Positions 14,352 through 27,470 of a stretch of DNA of 64,000 bases are shown here, one piece after another. The DNA lies in assembly GCA_951406725.2 (NCBI GenBank), contig OX597814.1, positions 149,792,001-149,856,000 on the forward strand, in the 5' to 3' direction. The notes below the pieces were generated by a model. It did no database searches, was not told the origin of the DNA, and saw only the letters and a list, made by a program, of their open reading frames with translations. This DNA is from Octopus vulgaris. Taxonomy: Eukaryota. Numbering within the stretch: position 1 is the first letter of the stretch; the number at the start of each line of letters is the position of its first letter. The position numbers were made by a program, and so were the translations under genes.

Positions 14352-14920
14352 CAATGCATATAATGATTTGGGATAGAGAAGAGAAACTATCCAGAGCTGT
14401 GGAAATTAGCTGCCCAGCGGATATTAACATAAAGCTGAAGATCAGCGAAAAAGAGGACACCTATGCTGAACTGTTGAGAAATCTGCAGTTACTCTATCCA
14501 GATTACAAATTAAGGTTTGTACCTGTAATTATTGGGACCCTGGGATATGTAACGCGCCTCCTAAATACCAATCTTGAGAAATTAGGCTTCTCAAAACCAG
14601 AAAGGAGAAAGCTAATTCGAAGAGGACAGATTCAATCCATCACTGGAACTGTAAATATCTGTAGAACTTTCAAAAAGTTTATCATTTAAATATATATGAG
14701 CATGTCTAGATATGGAACTATATGCATGGGAATACACACATAAAACATACAAATCTGCACGTACATGCATTTATACATACATATACACATACATACATAC
14801 ATACACACAAAGAAAAATACCCTGTTATTGATGTTGAAATTCCAGTGCAGGAGCCTTGGATTTAGGTTAGAAATCTCTTCTTTATTAGCAAGAAATCTTG
14901 AAATAAACTGAATAATGACA
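14352..14920 (+). mobile_element. 5'-truncated RLE-type (R4-like) non-LTR retrotransposon flanked by (TACA)n
   Basis: The ORF end IWDREEK...VEISCPADINIKLKISEKEDTYAELLRNLQLLYPDYKLRFVPVIIGTLG...ICRTFKKFII* (stop at 14689) is a restriction-like endonuclease C-terminus. The 3'UTR with aataaa runs into (CATA)n. Confidence 0.88.
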
Positions 14921-15052
14921 TACACGCATATATACATACATAAATACATACATACATAAATAAATACATACTTACATAAATAAATACATACATACTTACA
15001 TACATACATACATACATACATTCATACATACATACATACATACATACATACA

Positions 15053-15084
<32 letters not shown>

Positions 15085-15865
15085 GATGAGTATGTGATCC
15101 TGTATTTACATAAAAATGGAATTCTGAGTTCAGAAACTTATATCTTCCGATTGTTATCCATCCTTCACCACTGTTAATTATAAAGAAATGAATAAATAAA
15201 AACAATTCAATAAAAACTATATCATCTTCTAACCCAGATAGCGTATAAACACTTGGCGTGCTCCTTCTCCTTCCTTGTAACACGAAAGTTAAAATCTAAT
15301 TCGATAGACTCCCTTTTAACTCTATGTATCCATGGTGCCCTCCAGACTTGCACAAACAATATCAATTTCTCCTGGGACATCTTTAGTAAATTTGCAATGA
15401 ATTTGACACCCAATGTCATAAGTTTTCTTTACAGATGATCTATTTACCATAGGGTAATTTCTAAGGTGTGCTACGTTCGAGTGTTTTGTAGATATTGAAT
15501 CTCATCTTATGAGAACGAGGCGAATATAGAATCCCATTATAGACGTAAGGGTGTCCCTTTTCCAAGGAGTTACAATATCTTGTGATTATACCAGATGTCA
15601 TAATTATCAAGAGATATGTGTAATATTTATTTTCTTTCTGTTTGTTTCTGTTTTCTTTAGATTTTTTGTATTGATGGAAAAATTTGTAGTGCGCGTATCA
15701 CTTGAAGATGATCCTACTTTGTCAATGCGGTGTAGGATAGAACATGCAATGTTAGAGAAGTTATCTCTGTTGTGAAGATAAACATGACCACTCCGCTTTC
15801 AGGAAATTGTCAACGGCTTGTATTATATTTCGAAATTATGCGTGTGTGCGTGCTTGTGTATGTAC

Positions 15866-15915
<50 letters not shown>

Positions 15916-15959
15916 TGTTTTGTATGAGTGAAGGTAGAGAAGGACAATGAGAAAGTGTG

Positions 15960-16145
15960 TGTGCGTGGAGGCGTAAGCATGTCTATGTGATTAAGCAATT
16001 ACTTTCATAATCACCTGCGATTGGGCTCGGTCCACTGTGAGGCACCTTGGGTATGTGTCTCCTGCAATGACCTACGATCGACAGATGCTTTATGATTCAG
16101 TTTTTAATACAGAGACTACGGGGAAACGTAGTTTCTACGTAACAC
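15960..16145 (+). mobile_element. Old copy of tRNA-derived SINE family B
   Basis: gggctcggtccactgtgaggcaccttgggtatgtgtctcctgcaat...gatgctttatga..., homologous to the reverse complement of 21840-22003. Confidence 0.6.
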
Positions 16146-16329
16146 AAGTATATATACACACTCACATATGTATACATGCATATCTACACACATATATGCA
16201 TACAAAGCGTCGAGTGTTAAAACACTTGAAATTCATAAACAGGAGAGACCACTCACTTCGGATCCCATCGAGAGACATCAATGTTTCGCTATTTTTTGTG
16301 GCTTCAACATCACGTACCCGAACCGAAAT

Positions 16330-16540
16330 GGAGGTGAACTTAATTTCTTCATCAAACGTCCAATCAAGCAGTCCAAATGTTGGTATGAGTACTGGCACTG
16401 CAAACACATTGTGGATCATTGTTTTATTGAATGCAGAGAGTTATGAGGTCGAAATTTTCTTTATACGGATGTAATATTCTTTAGTGACACGCATTTTGTT
16501 ACAGGTGCCATTTTGTTACTGGTGCATTGTTACGGGTGCC
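16330..16540 (-). mobile_element. R4-like retrotransposon internal (post-RT) fragment abutting (TACA)n
   Basis: Minus-strand translation PVTKMRVTKEYYIRIKKISTS*LSAFNKTMIHNVFAVPVLIPTFGLLDWTFDEEI matches the R4 thumb-region pattern. Confidence 0.75.
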
Positions 16541-16542
<2 letters not shown>

Positions 16543-16571
<29 letters not shown>

Positions 16572-17038
16572 TGTATGTATGTATGTATGTATGTATGTAT
16601 GCATGTATGTATGTATGTATGTATGCATGTATGTATGTATGTATGTATGCATGTATGTATGTATGTATATATGTATGTATGCATGTATGTATGTATGTAT
16701 GTATATATGTATGTATGTATGTATGTGTGGGTATCTATAAGGGTGTATGTAAACAACGAAAGAACGTAATCCTCCACACATTCATTTGGAGTTGCAAGTA
16801 TTTAGTAACAGGTTGACTCAACTCCACATTACTCGCAAGCGCAGAACAATTCCACGTCATGAGTCGTACACCGTCAGAGTAGAGAAAATTTTCAAGAAAT
16901 TATTTTAACATGGCTTCTGTATGAGAGTTTTTAAGTTTGTATTTTTTATTTCTTTATTGCCCACAGTGCATAAATATACTCACAAAGGCACACATACATA
17001 TATTTATGTGTGTATATATATATATGTATATATATATA

Positions 17039-17102
<64 letters not shown>

Positions 17103-17226
17103 TGCATGTATATGTGTGTGCGGGTACATGTATGTGCATGTTTATGTATGTGTATGCAAGTGTGTATATGTATATATATATGTGTGTGTGTATGTATATA
17201 TATATATGTGTATGTATGTGTGTGTG

Positions 17227-17265
<39 letters not shown>

Positions 17266-17460
17266 GTCTTATGTGAATATGTATTCTTTTATTTTATTTT
17301 ACTTGTTTGTATCTTCCCTTACACTTGCACACTTGTATGTGCTTGTGTGAGTCTATGCACGTATGTGTGTCTGTGTGTGTCTGTGTATGTGTTTATGTGT
17401 TTGTGTATGCATATATGTATGACTGTATATTCTTATGTGTTAAGTGTATACGTTTTTCTT
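16543..17460. repeat. (TATG)n and TG/TA-rich microsatellite fields
   Basis: Directly visible. Confidence 0.9.
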
Positions 17461-17970
17461 ATCACTTGTAAGTTTATATTTTTCTCTTTCATATATTCAT
17501 TTTGTTCCTATTCTTTTTTTAATTGTCTCCCCTACCACGGGCTGATTTTTGAGTGAGGTAACTCTCTTGAATACACCGACCGGTCCTGTCTGTAATCGTT
17601 GTTTTCTCTTTGTTAAATTCTTTTTGTTTTTTGTTTTTTTTCTGCTTGTATGTACATTTATACTTAAATATTGTATCTTTTACAAACATAGCCCTGCCTA
17701 TCAGCTTTAAGCCTCTTGTAATATTCATATGTATACGTATAACTCACTATGGCTTATTTTTCTACTTGTGTACCTGTTGCCTTATAATCTACTATACACA
17801 CGTGGCCTTGTTTGCATTATACTTCGTCTCGACCTATTACTATTTCTTTAAACATATCCGTTAGATTTTTATTTTTATGTTATAGTTTACTGCACATATA
17901 GACTTGCATACACATTGATATGTCTTTCTTTTCTATTTCGTCTCTCTCACTATTATTATTATTATTATTA

Positions 17971-18023
<53 letters not shown>

Positions 18024-18924
18024 GTTATTATTATTCCTTTTTAGAACTTGTTTGTAAATATCCGATTTGTCCGAATTCCCCATTATTTTATTTTATTTTA
18101 TTTTATTCAACCATTTTTAATGTTTTCACAAAAATTCCTGACACTGATGAGAATCACAATGCTTACATTTAATTATAATTACTATGATTATAATTTTTTC
18201 CTTACATATTTATATTGTCTTTCGAAACGTGCGTATGTATTGAATCCAATTTGGTATTAAATCTAATTTTGATTCAACATCTATTTTTTCCTCCACTTTT
18301 TTATACTTGGTTATGCTATACCTATAACGAAATTTTTCAACTATACATATATATATATATATATCAAAGGAAAATGATGACTACTTTAGAAAGGTAGTGT
18401 AAAATAACTTACAAGTGTTCTCTTCACCATTTGTGTGTGTGTGTTTGTGTATGTGTGTCTGTGTGTTTGTGTATGTGTGTCTGTGTTTGTATTTGCGGAC
18501 GTGTGTATGCGTTTGTGTGAGTATGTGCACCAAACGTAAACAGCCACGTGACTTTTGAAATACAGAAAAACATTGCTTATAATGAGAGATAATGTATATT
18601 ATAAATAAATATCAGATACAATTAAAATACGTAATATATATTTCATTTGCATGTGTATACAATAAATAGCAATAAATAGTAAAAAGAATATTCGCTGTTT
18701 TAGGAAATAAATCAGATTAATATTATAATCTCATAGATAGCTTCTACTGATATCCTGACATGTATTACGTTTATAATAAATATAAAGAAACAAATGCCAA
18801 GTTTGTCATGATGACATTTATAAATTGAATAAAAAGTAATTTATTGATACTTTCGGTATACGACATATCATTTTCAAATATAAACTGGAGTATATATTTT
18901 GAAATTATAAGATTTATTTATTGA

Positions 18925-19020
18925 TACATACATACGTACAAACATAGATACATACATACATACATACATACATACATACATACATACATACATACATACA
19001 TACATACATACATACATACA

Positions 19021-19055
<35 letters not shown>
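18925..19055. repeat. (TACA)n microsatellite
   Basis: Directly visible. Confidence 0.95.
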
Positions 19056-20066
19056 TTATTTATTTTTATTTTTAAAATCGTTTTGCAGTTTGAAATTTTG
19101 AAGCCTTAATCAACAGGGACAAGAATAATTTTCATATTATTTCTTTATGTGTTCAAAATTGAAAGGGACCTTAGTTAAACTTTGAAGATATCAACAATGT
19201 ATTTACGCTACAAAGATCGGTTACTGGTGTTTCAGTAAACATTAGGAAAACTCAAAAATTGTAGTAGACAACGTCAGCAATTAGTAGGGATTAAAAGTGG
19301 TAATTAGTGTTTATAAGGTGTTCAGATGTGAAATAAATCGATATTTTTATCGCTTTGTTAGGATATAAGGTAGTGTCAACAAACTTTTTAGGGTTTCTTA
19401 CTCTAATAATGGGTATGGAGGTAAATTTCAGCAAATCTGAGTTCTGATCGAAATACTTACAACAAAATGAACTTTGTAAAGACATCCAAGGACCAGATTG
19501 TGCTATTGAACTGAGTAACGATTAAATGTACCGTCCATCCGAGAGGAGGATAAGAGAAAGAGTGCAATATTTCGAAATCCCCCTTTAAAAATCTTTTATT
19601 AGAAATGAAATAACAACCCGCTAGAACAAGAGATGGTACACATGAACACGTTAAAATTTTCGTCTTCCCAAATCAATTTATCACAATTTGTCTCTTAAGA
19701 GCAACGTCCGAGTTGAAACTTGTGCCAAGCTTTTTTGAACTGAGTCAGTAGATTCAAAGGAAAGTTTGTGCAAGCACAAAACAAACAATGCGAACAGTGG
19801 GTACTTTCGTTCTATTTTCTTTCTTTCTTCTTTTTCATTTATTGGTTTTACTTAATGGAGTCCATGTAATGCTTGGGTAATATTTTCATGGGTTGTAGTA
19901 TATCATATCAGCCCCCGCTGCTGTGTTATTTATTTCATCAGTCTTATAACATACAAAATGTAAAGTAGATACAAAAGTAAAGGGAAATAACTTGATCAGA
20001 GTAAATACCTGAAAGTATTTCTCTTCCAAAGAGTTGTGTTTGTGAAGGCATGTACTTACCTATGCA

Positions 20067-20097
<31 letters not shown>

Positions 20098-20780
20098 ACG
20101 TATATGTATTACGCATGTATACATGGATAGATAGATACGACTAGATTTCATGCAATTTCCGTTTTCAAAATTTCATTTACAATATATGCATTAATTCATT
20201 TAAGGTACTTGCTCAACACGCAACCGAATAATAGCCAAACGAACTTCATCAGCAAACAGTCGAGCGGGCGTCCTTTAAGAGTGAGAATTACAACAAAGGA
20301 GTAGTTCACTGAGACCCCAAGTAGGAGAGGATAAACTCAAATCTTCAAATTCAGAGCTCTGGATTTTGAAAATGTCAAATTCTTGATATGATCGTTATCC
20401 CTTATACCCATAAAAGAACGGAAGTACTTCTCAATTTATATATTGTTCTTATGAGAAAATGAGGGGGTTACAGCCAATGAAGGAAATTCAATCGCAAAAT
20501 GATAGTCGGCAAATGTTGAACAAAAAAAAAATCACGGTCATAAATCTACCGTAAAATTCAAAGCATTTGTGATTCAGCTTGACCATAGTATCCAATTATA
20601 CATGAAAGAAATGAATGACATAAAGAATGAATCTGCGAACTTATTCTATATCACCTGGTTTTGAATTTCGAAGATTCCAGACATTTTACAAAACTTAAGT
20701 TTCATCTAAGAAAATTTATAGTGACTATATGATGAGCTGGAACGTTTTTTACATCGTTCGAGATCACGAGCGAGCGAGGG

Positions 20781-21230
20781 AAGCCCGTGTATGGTCGCTC
20801 GACCCATTAAATACGGCAGAACAAAATCAGCCACCGAAGCTACACCTTAATGTCTCGAGAAATTATGATACACTTGCCTCTGTCGCCCTATGTACGCTAA
20901 GTCTGAAAAACAAATCATCTTAGTTATGGCTAAAACACCTTTGATCACAAGTTTGATTGGTCATAGTTAATCTAAGAGTACATTACAGCAGCAGCAACAA
21001 CAACAATATCCATTTCCTAGATTTCGAACCTGTGAAGTATCCTTTACGTAGCTGCTGGACCTGCTAGAAATAGTAGATGATTGTCCCTCAAGTCAAACTG
21101 TCATCTTGAAAAATAAATATTGAAATATTATAATCCTAGATACATCATGTATTGCCGCCATGACAATGCGTTCTGTCATACGTATAATTCCTCAGAGCCA
21201 ATTTGGGTCTATAAGGTCAATAACGTACAA
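20781..21230 (+). mobile_element. Two tandem old copies of short repeat family D (CAA-tailed, probable RTE-associated SINE or LINE tail)
   Basis: Motif order gtcgctcgacc(tgctagaaatagcag)...cctttgatca...ggtc...gacctgaggctaaacaacaac. It recurs at ~1180-1245, 26790-26930 (-), 35880-36330, 49600-49820 and 50030-50150. Confidence 0.5.
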
Positions 21231-21249
21231 TATATATGAGCATTATCAA

Positions 21250-21580
21250 TCATGTGGAGAAGTACTGCCTGGGAGGGAAAGAAACATACTAAAAAACTAC
21301 ATGCTAAAACGACCAGTGCTAATCGAAATAAAGGGAGGATCCTCATCTAAATGAGTTGGACAATGCTTCAGAAGTTGAAAGAAGCAGGAATCGAGGTTCT
21401 GCATCATCCATTTTATTCCACATACCTTTTCCTGGCAGATTTTCAAATTTCAGACAGACAGAAACTAAAGTTTCAAAGAAATTCATTGACCCTAAAAATA
21501 TCGATTTTTACGAGAATCTATAGAATCATTTCACAAAATAAAAAGTGTTCTGTGACAAATAGAAATTAGATTGATTAAAG
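21250..21580 (+). mobile_element. Decayed mariner transposase 3' fragment
   Basis: TMLQKLKEAGIEVLHHPFYSTYLFLADFQI resembles the mariner motif 'T.QKL.ELG.EVLPHPPYSPDL.PSDYH.F'. Confidence 0.7.
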
Positions 21581-21595
21581 CATGCTTTTTAACTA

Positions 21596-22003
21596 TACTC
21601 TTTTTACTCTTTTACTCTTTTACTTGTTTCAGTCATTTGACTGCGGCCATGCTGGAGCACCGCCTTTAGTCGAGCAAATCGACCCCGGGACTTATTCTTT
21701 TGTAAGCCCAGTACTTATTCTATCGGTCTCTTTTTGCCGAACCGCTAAGTGACGGGGACGTAAACACACCAGCATTGGTTGTCAAGCAATGCTGGGGAAC
21801 AAACACAGACACACAAACACACACACATATATATATATACGACAGGCTTCTTTCAGTTTCCGTCTACCAAATCCACTCACAAGGCATTGGTCGGCCCGGG
21901 GCTATAGCAGAAGACACTTGCCCAAGATGCCACGCAGTGGGACTGAACCCGGAACCATGTGGTTGGTTAGCAAGCTACTTACCACACAGCCACTCCCGCG
22001 CCT
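21596..22003 (-). mobile_element. Full-length tRNA-derived SINE family B with internal microsatellite and CR1-like 3' tail
   Basis: The minus-strand head has an A-box (TGGCTGTGTGG) and a B-box (GGTTCAGTCCC). The core is gtgagtggatttggtagacggaaactgaaagaagcc. The tail is ggcggtgctccagcatggccgcagtcaaatgactgaaac followed by (AGTAAAAG)n. Confidence 0.92.
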
Positions 22004-22490
22004 ATGTTTGCTTTCCTTTCAAACTTCATTCCTCAAATCCGTCGGTTATTTCTTTACAGGTCTCCAATATGGTAAAGTCAATGCGTTTGATGTTTAGCAT
22101 GAACTTCTATTGGTCACAGTCTCGGTGGGGTAGAATATGGTCAGGTTTGGAATGCAATTGAGTTGTGCGATTTTAGATAGAAAGAGAAAAGTCACTAAGA
22201 GAATGTTACTGATGGATGCTGCCGGATGGTTGTTAAAAAGAGGACAAATGATGATAATACTCTTTTATTTAACAAGTTGTGCGGGATTCCAGTAGGATTT
22301 GTTACATAATGGTACGCAACTAGCTAGTTTAGAAGAGAAGGAACATATTTCATAATAATGATTGATAAACTGAGGCAGTCAGACTGACAGCCGTATAAAC
22401 AGGCAGACAGAGAGAAAAAAACAGCTGTAGAACATAGGAAACGAAAGTATATCTATAGGCGTATCGGTGAGTTAATATAGATTGAATGTA

Positions 22491-22703
22491 AAGGTGGCGA
22501 GCTGGCAGAAACGTTAGCACGCCGGTCGAAATGGTTAGCAGTATTTCATCTGTCTTTACACACTGAGTTCAAATTCCGCCGAGGCCGACTTGGTCTTTCA
22601 TCCCTTCGGGGTCGGTAAATTAAGTACCAACTGCGTACTGGGATCCATCTAATCGACTGCCTCTCCCCACAAAATTTAGGGCCTTGTGCTTAGAGTAGAA
22701 ACG
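22491..22703 (+). mobile_element. Full-length young SINE family A with a 17-bp target-site duplication
   Basis: TSD aatatagattgaatgta at 22474-22490 and 22704-22720. A-box-like tggcagaaacgtt and B-box gagttcaaattcc. Confidence 0.93.
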
Positions 22704-24449
22704 AATATAGATTGAATGTACATTATGCCGAACACGTGTTTAATCAGAGAACACTTTCATATAAAATCAAAAACGAATTGTAACAAGTGACATACATTTA
22801 AATTATTGTAGCTAAATTCGGGAATTAATTAAATATATGTCTCTTTAAGAAAACAAGGAAATAACTTGAAAACATTTTTCGTTGCGTCCTTCATATGTTA
22901 GCCCTTATTACAAGAAGGTCCTTCCATATATTATTTCTAAACTATCGTCAACTCAACAATCCGGATACTTTTCTAAGCAGACTATGGCAGGTATCAAGGC
23001 GTTGCATCGTTATTGAATTATGGCTTAGTAATATGAGTAGTTTCTTCAAATTGAACACTGGAATATTTCCAGTCACTTGCAACATATAGATGTCTAGACA
23101 TTTGGGTTTTCTTCCGTTTTCATCCTTGAATTTTCACTCGTTCTGTGAAAACAACATAAGGCATGTTTCTATTGATCCTCATTGCATTGGCGCTGCTACC
23201 TTACTATTTTGTTATATCATCAAGGATAGCCAATACTTGGCTATGCCGCTAAGTGTACATTGCGAAGGATGATTTACATGTTACCAGAGCATACGTCGAC
23301 GATATATAACTTTTGCACTAATGCATTTACTAACGTGACTGAAGCCGCTCTATAGATGATCACATTCCGATTTGTTTCTTTTTCCTCAGCATGCTTTATG
23401 GCAACTTCTACCGTCTGCTGAGTAATACGCTGTCAATGCACGTTACTTTCTTAAATCTGGTGGCTTAGTCGCACACGTCTGTCAGTATATCGAATTTCTC
23501 TTGCTCAGTCTTGTCCCATTACCATCAGAACTAAAAATGATTTGACTCGGTATCAACAACGGGTATCTCGAGATAAAGATCTTTGTGCGATTCTGCAGAA
23601 TATCTTGGAAATATCGAGAGCTAGAAAAGTAAGCTAGTTTATTTCGGTTATATATATATATATATATATAATAGAGACATTAATGTACATACATACACAT
23701 ATGTGCATATATAATGTACATACAAAGATATATAAATATATATAAACATGTATATAGATAAATAAATAGAGAGACAGATAGATATGTATGGGTGCGTGTG
23801 TGTGTGGTCTTGATTATTTTGTAGTACAAATTCATAAAACTGCTCCATAGAACATTGTTACACACGTGTAAAATTTAACACATCCAAGTCATAAACCCCT
23901 CTTCTCGCATAAATTATCATGCACGTACACATGAATGTACACATATACACACACTTTATTATATATTATCCTCGTCTTGGTTGGTTTTCTGCTATTTTTG
24001 TTTACTTTAATCATGTATTTTTCTTCTTTTTTAATTCCATTGTTTGATGGTTTAATAAGTCGTCATAGAACTTCAAAGACGTGGTGGAATGCTTCATAAA
24101 ATGTAACAGAGACAGAGAGAAAGAGGGCTGGGAATATTAGAGAGAGCTCTTTTGTTGAAATTCATAGGGATACCTACATATGTGCCCACTTACAGTAATA
24201 GACATATATATATATACATATATAAATGTATAAATATGTGTGTGCATGTATATATATATATATATAATATATATATATACTCACACATATATGCATATAC
24301 ATATATGCACATATATATACATATGGATATACATATATATATATAAATTTATATATATATATATATTTATAAATGTATAAATGTGTGTGTTTATATATAT
24401 TCATATACATGTACATACACAACTATGTGTGTTTCTATAATATATTCAT

Positions 24450-24494
24450 AAATAACAACCACAACATCATCAACAACAACAACAACAACAACAA

Positions 24495-24581
<87 letters not shown>

Positions 24582-24620
24582 TGATGATGATCATGATGAC
24601 GATGATGATGATCATGATTA
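24450..24620. repeat. (AAC)n-(AAT)n-(GAT)n microsatellite
   Basis: Directly visible. Confidence 0.95.
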
Positions 24621-25547
24621 AAAGTCAGGAAGTGCTGTACAGAAGCTTGTACATTCAAAGTGTGTCGCGGAATGTATGTTGAATGGCTTCAGGAAGCGAT
24701 GAATAGTTAATAGTCCTTGGAAGATATGGTTTATTGCTTCTTGCTTCATATTCAGCTTCCTTTTTTGTTATATATATGTATAAAGTTTTACTTGTTTTTG
24801 TTATTTCGTTTCTTGTCGCTTGATTCTTTTTTTTTTTTTGTCGTATTTTTCGTCATTATTATTTTGTTGATTTTAAAGAATGTAAAACTCACTTTTGTTT
24901 TGTCCTTTGTTACTCCATTTCTGAAATTTAATTCGATTCTTTTCCATTTTTTTCTCCCCTGGTAAACAATGTAAGATGATTTTGGACGATTTATTTTGTT
25001 TTTGGAAGTTTTTTTTTTTTCATGCAACAATTTTTCAGAAAAGGATCTAACGGAAAAGAAAAGTTAAACAAAATTAAATGTGTAGAACACACACAAAGAA
25101 AATAATCTATATTTTTTACATCTATGTTTACATGGCATTGTTTTCTATTCGCTTAACACATCAAAGATACCATTGGTTGAAACAGAATCTCAAACACAAA
25201 AGACGTTTCTATCAACAACTGGTATGTTTGTTTGGGAAAATAACGATACTTGACACAAACGTCAGCAATGTAGCGGAGGTAAAACTCCTCAGAGAAGCAT
25301 TCTGCATATTAAATACAAATGCGTTAAAATAACACATACGTAAATAGATGTGAAAAACTTCTGTAAACTGACATTTCCCACACAAGTAGTACGCAAAAAT
25401 ACCTTCAAAAGTTGGTCAATATCCGGGAACAGGGAACTTAGGTAATTCCAGTTCTATATTTAAGAGATGAGGAATTATGTACATTCTTTACATTATTTAC
25501 ATTATTTACACTCGACGGACATTTGTTCTAATCTTGTTTGTTGTTAT

Positions 25548-25589
25548 CACAATGTTTCGGCTGATATATCCTCCAGCCTTCTTCAGGTG
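25548..25589 (-). ncRNA. Minimal hammerhead motif (left arm)
   Basis: cac-CUGAAGA-a-ggcug..cagcc-GAAA-CA-UU-gug. One stem-III mismatch, consistent with CpG decay. Confidence 0.7.
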
Positions 25590-25638
25590 GCTTGGGGAAA
25601 TTTCGAACCTGGATTCTCATTCCTAAAGTATTTTTCGA

Positions 25639-25707
<69 letters not shown>

Positions 25708-25725
25708 TCTTATTATTATGCCCAT

Positions 25726-25800
25726 GGGCATATTGCGTAGTAGTTAAGAGTGCGGGCTACTAAACCCAGGATTCCGAGTTCCATTCCAAACAGTGACCTG
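25726..25800 (+). other. tRNA-derived Pol III head (not a functional tRNA)
   Basis: A-box-like ttgcgtagtagtt, anticodon-arm-like ggg-ctactaa-a-ccc and B-box-like gagttccattcc. The acceptor stem is not intact. Confidence 0.7.
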
Positions 25801-25827
25801 AACAATAACAATAACAATAATAACAAC

Positions 25828-25990
<163 letters not shown>

Positions 25991-26039
25991 TCGAAAAATA
26001 CCTTAGGAATGAGAACCCAGGTTCGAAATTTCCCCAATA

Positions 26040-26081
26040 CACCCGAAGAAGGCTGGAGGATATATCAGCAGAAACGTTGTT
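26040..26081 (+). ncRNA. Minimal hammerhead motif (right arm)
   Basis: cac-CCGAAGA-a-ggcug..cagca-GAAA-CG-UU-guu. The consensus of the two arms restores a canonical core. Confidence 0.65.
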
Positions 26082-26168
26082 CTAACAACAAACAAGATGA
26101 GTACATATATCCGTCGAATGTAAATAACGTAAATAATGTAAATATTGTTAGGTAATTCCATATATACA

Positions 26169-26206
<38 letters not shown>

Positions 26207-27057
26207 TGTGCGTTTGGCAGTGAACTTAGGCATGTAGTTCTACTTTGTTTATGTTTAGGTATTGTTCATTGGGCTGGACCAATGCAATAGTAACCCTTTC
26301 ACATAAAAACATTAAATGCTGCTTCAAATGTTCAAAGATAAATCAATGAACACGCGAAGCAGAGATGAGGGAGACAGGCACAAAGTTATCAATAGTCTAA
26401 TCGCTCTAGCAAATTATCCTGGATGACATCTGCAAGAAATACAGTAACAAGTATCTAGCTAGGGGCTTTAGTTTCTTACATATCATTTTAGTTTCTGAAA
26501 AACAAATCGCCTTCAGTGTTGCTACATCGTTGCTTCCTGTACCCAGCTTGTAGGAACATCAATTGTGTTCACTTTCTGCCTTCCTCTACATTTCTTTCCC
26601 TTCGGTTTTCCAGTTATCGCGAAGTATTTAAAGAAATAAGTCATAATTATTTTACATCATAACACACCAAATGAAAATAATGGATTGGATGATGTGGTTC
26701 AAGATAAACGTTTATTCTAGTTGACCACCTAATGTATAAAAAATGGTGTTTATGTTTACCTCGAAAATTGAATGAAGCCAATTTTCTTTATTAGATGTTG
26801 CTGTTATCCTTCTTGATGTTGTTTTACTTCGTGTCAGCTCTGATGAAGCAAAAATATTCCAGACATGACTAACTCGTCTCTATTTGTTTTAGAGGCAAAG
26901 TATATCTAAGACTACATTAGTCAATGTATTTTTAAACGACATAATATGATGGTAGAGGTATTTGGTTACTATTTCTAGTGCGTCGAAAGTGCACATAAAA
27001 GCCCCCTCGTTTGCTTAGCATACTGTTGCTAATGTTGATGTTCTTGTTCTTTATACC

Positions 27058-27470
27058 TAAGTGGCGAGCTGGCAGAATTGTTACCGCGCCGGACAAAATG
27101 CTTAGCGGTATTTCTCCGACTTTGCATTCTGAGTTCAAATTCTGCCGAGGTCGAATTTGCTTTTCATCCTTTCGAGGTCGATAAAATAAGTACCAGTAAA
27201 ATACTGGGGTCGATTTAATCGACTTATCCCCTCCCCCAAAACTGCTGGCCTTGTACCAAAATTTGTAACCATTATTTATACCCAAGCCAAGGAGGCGAGC
27301 TGACAGAATCTTTAGGACACCGGACAAAATGCTTAGCGACATTTCTTCCAGATTGACGGTCTGAGGTCAGATTCCGTCGAGGTAGACTATGTCTTTTATT
27401 CTTTGGGGTTGATTAACTAAGTATACCTCCTCCTAAATTTCGGGCTTTGTGCCTATAGTAGAAAGGATTA
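27058..27470 (+). mobile_element. Two tandem SINE family A copies (young 27058-27275, older 27289-27470)
   Basis: Both match 22491-22703. The flanking motif tta(t/c)acc(t/c)aag recurs at ~27051, ~27276 and ~27472, like nested TSDs. Confidence 0.88.

Noticed and set aside
15150-15540. Possible L1/Tx1 3' remnant (also 3780-4050, 4640-5300, 17560-18300)
   Set aside because: Only a vague compositional resemblance; no diagnostic motif could be read, so it is not listed as a feature.
20250-20720. Possible additional mariner remnant (..FTKLKFHLR)
   Set aside because: Too degraded; catalytic motifs and TIRs are not recoverable by eye.
22950-23600. Possible old RTE LINE fragment (also 34340-34620)
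   Set aside because: Scattered weak similarities only; this needs a profile search.
25726-25800. Possible tRNA gene
   Set aside because: The acceptor and T stems do not pair properly and it is embedded in a TSD-bounded repeat; treated as a SINE head. The same applies to the heads near 22003 and 43127.
26380-26640. Minus-strand acceptor followed by DVIQDNLLERLDY*
   Set aside because: Very short, and the adjacent sequence translates to AITGKPKGKKCRGRQK, which looks like a decayed RTE LINE 3' end rather than a host exon.
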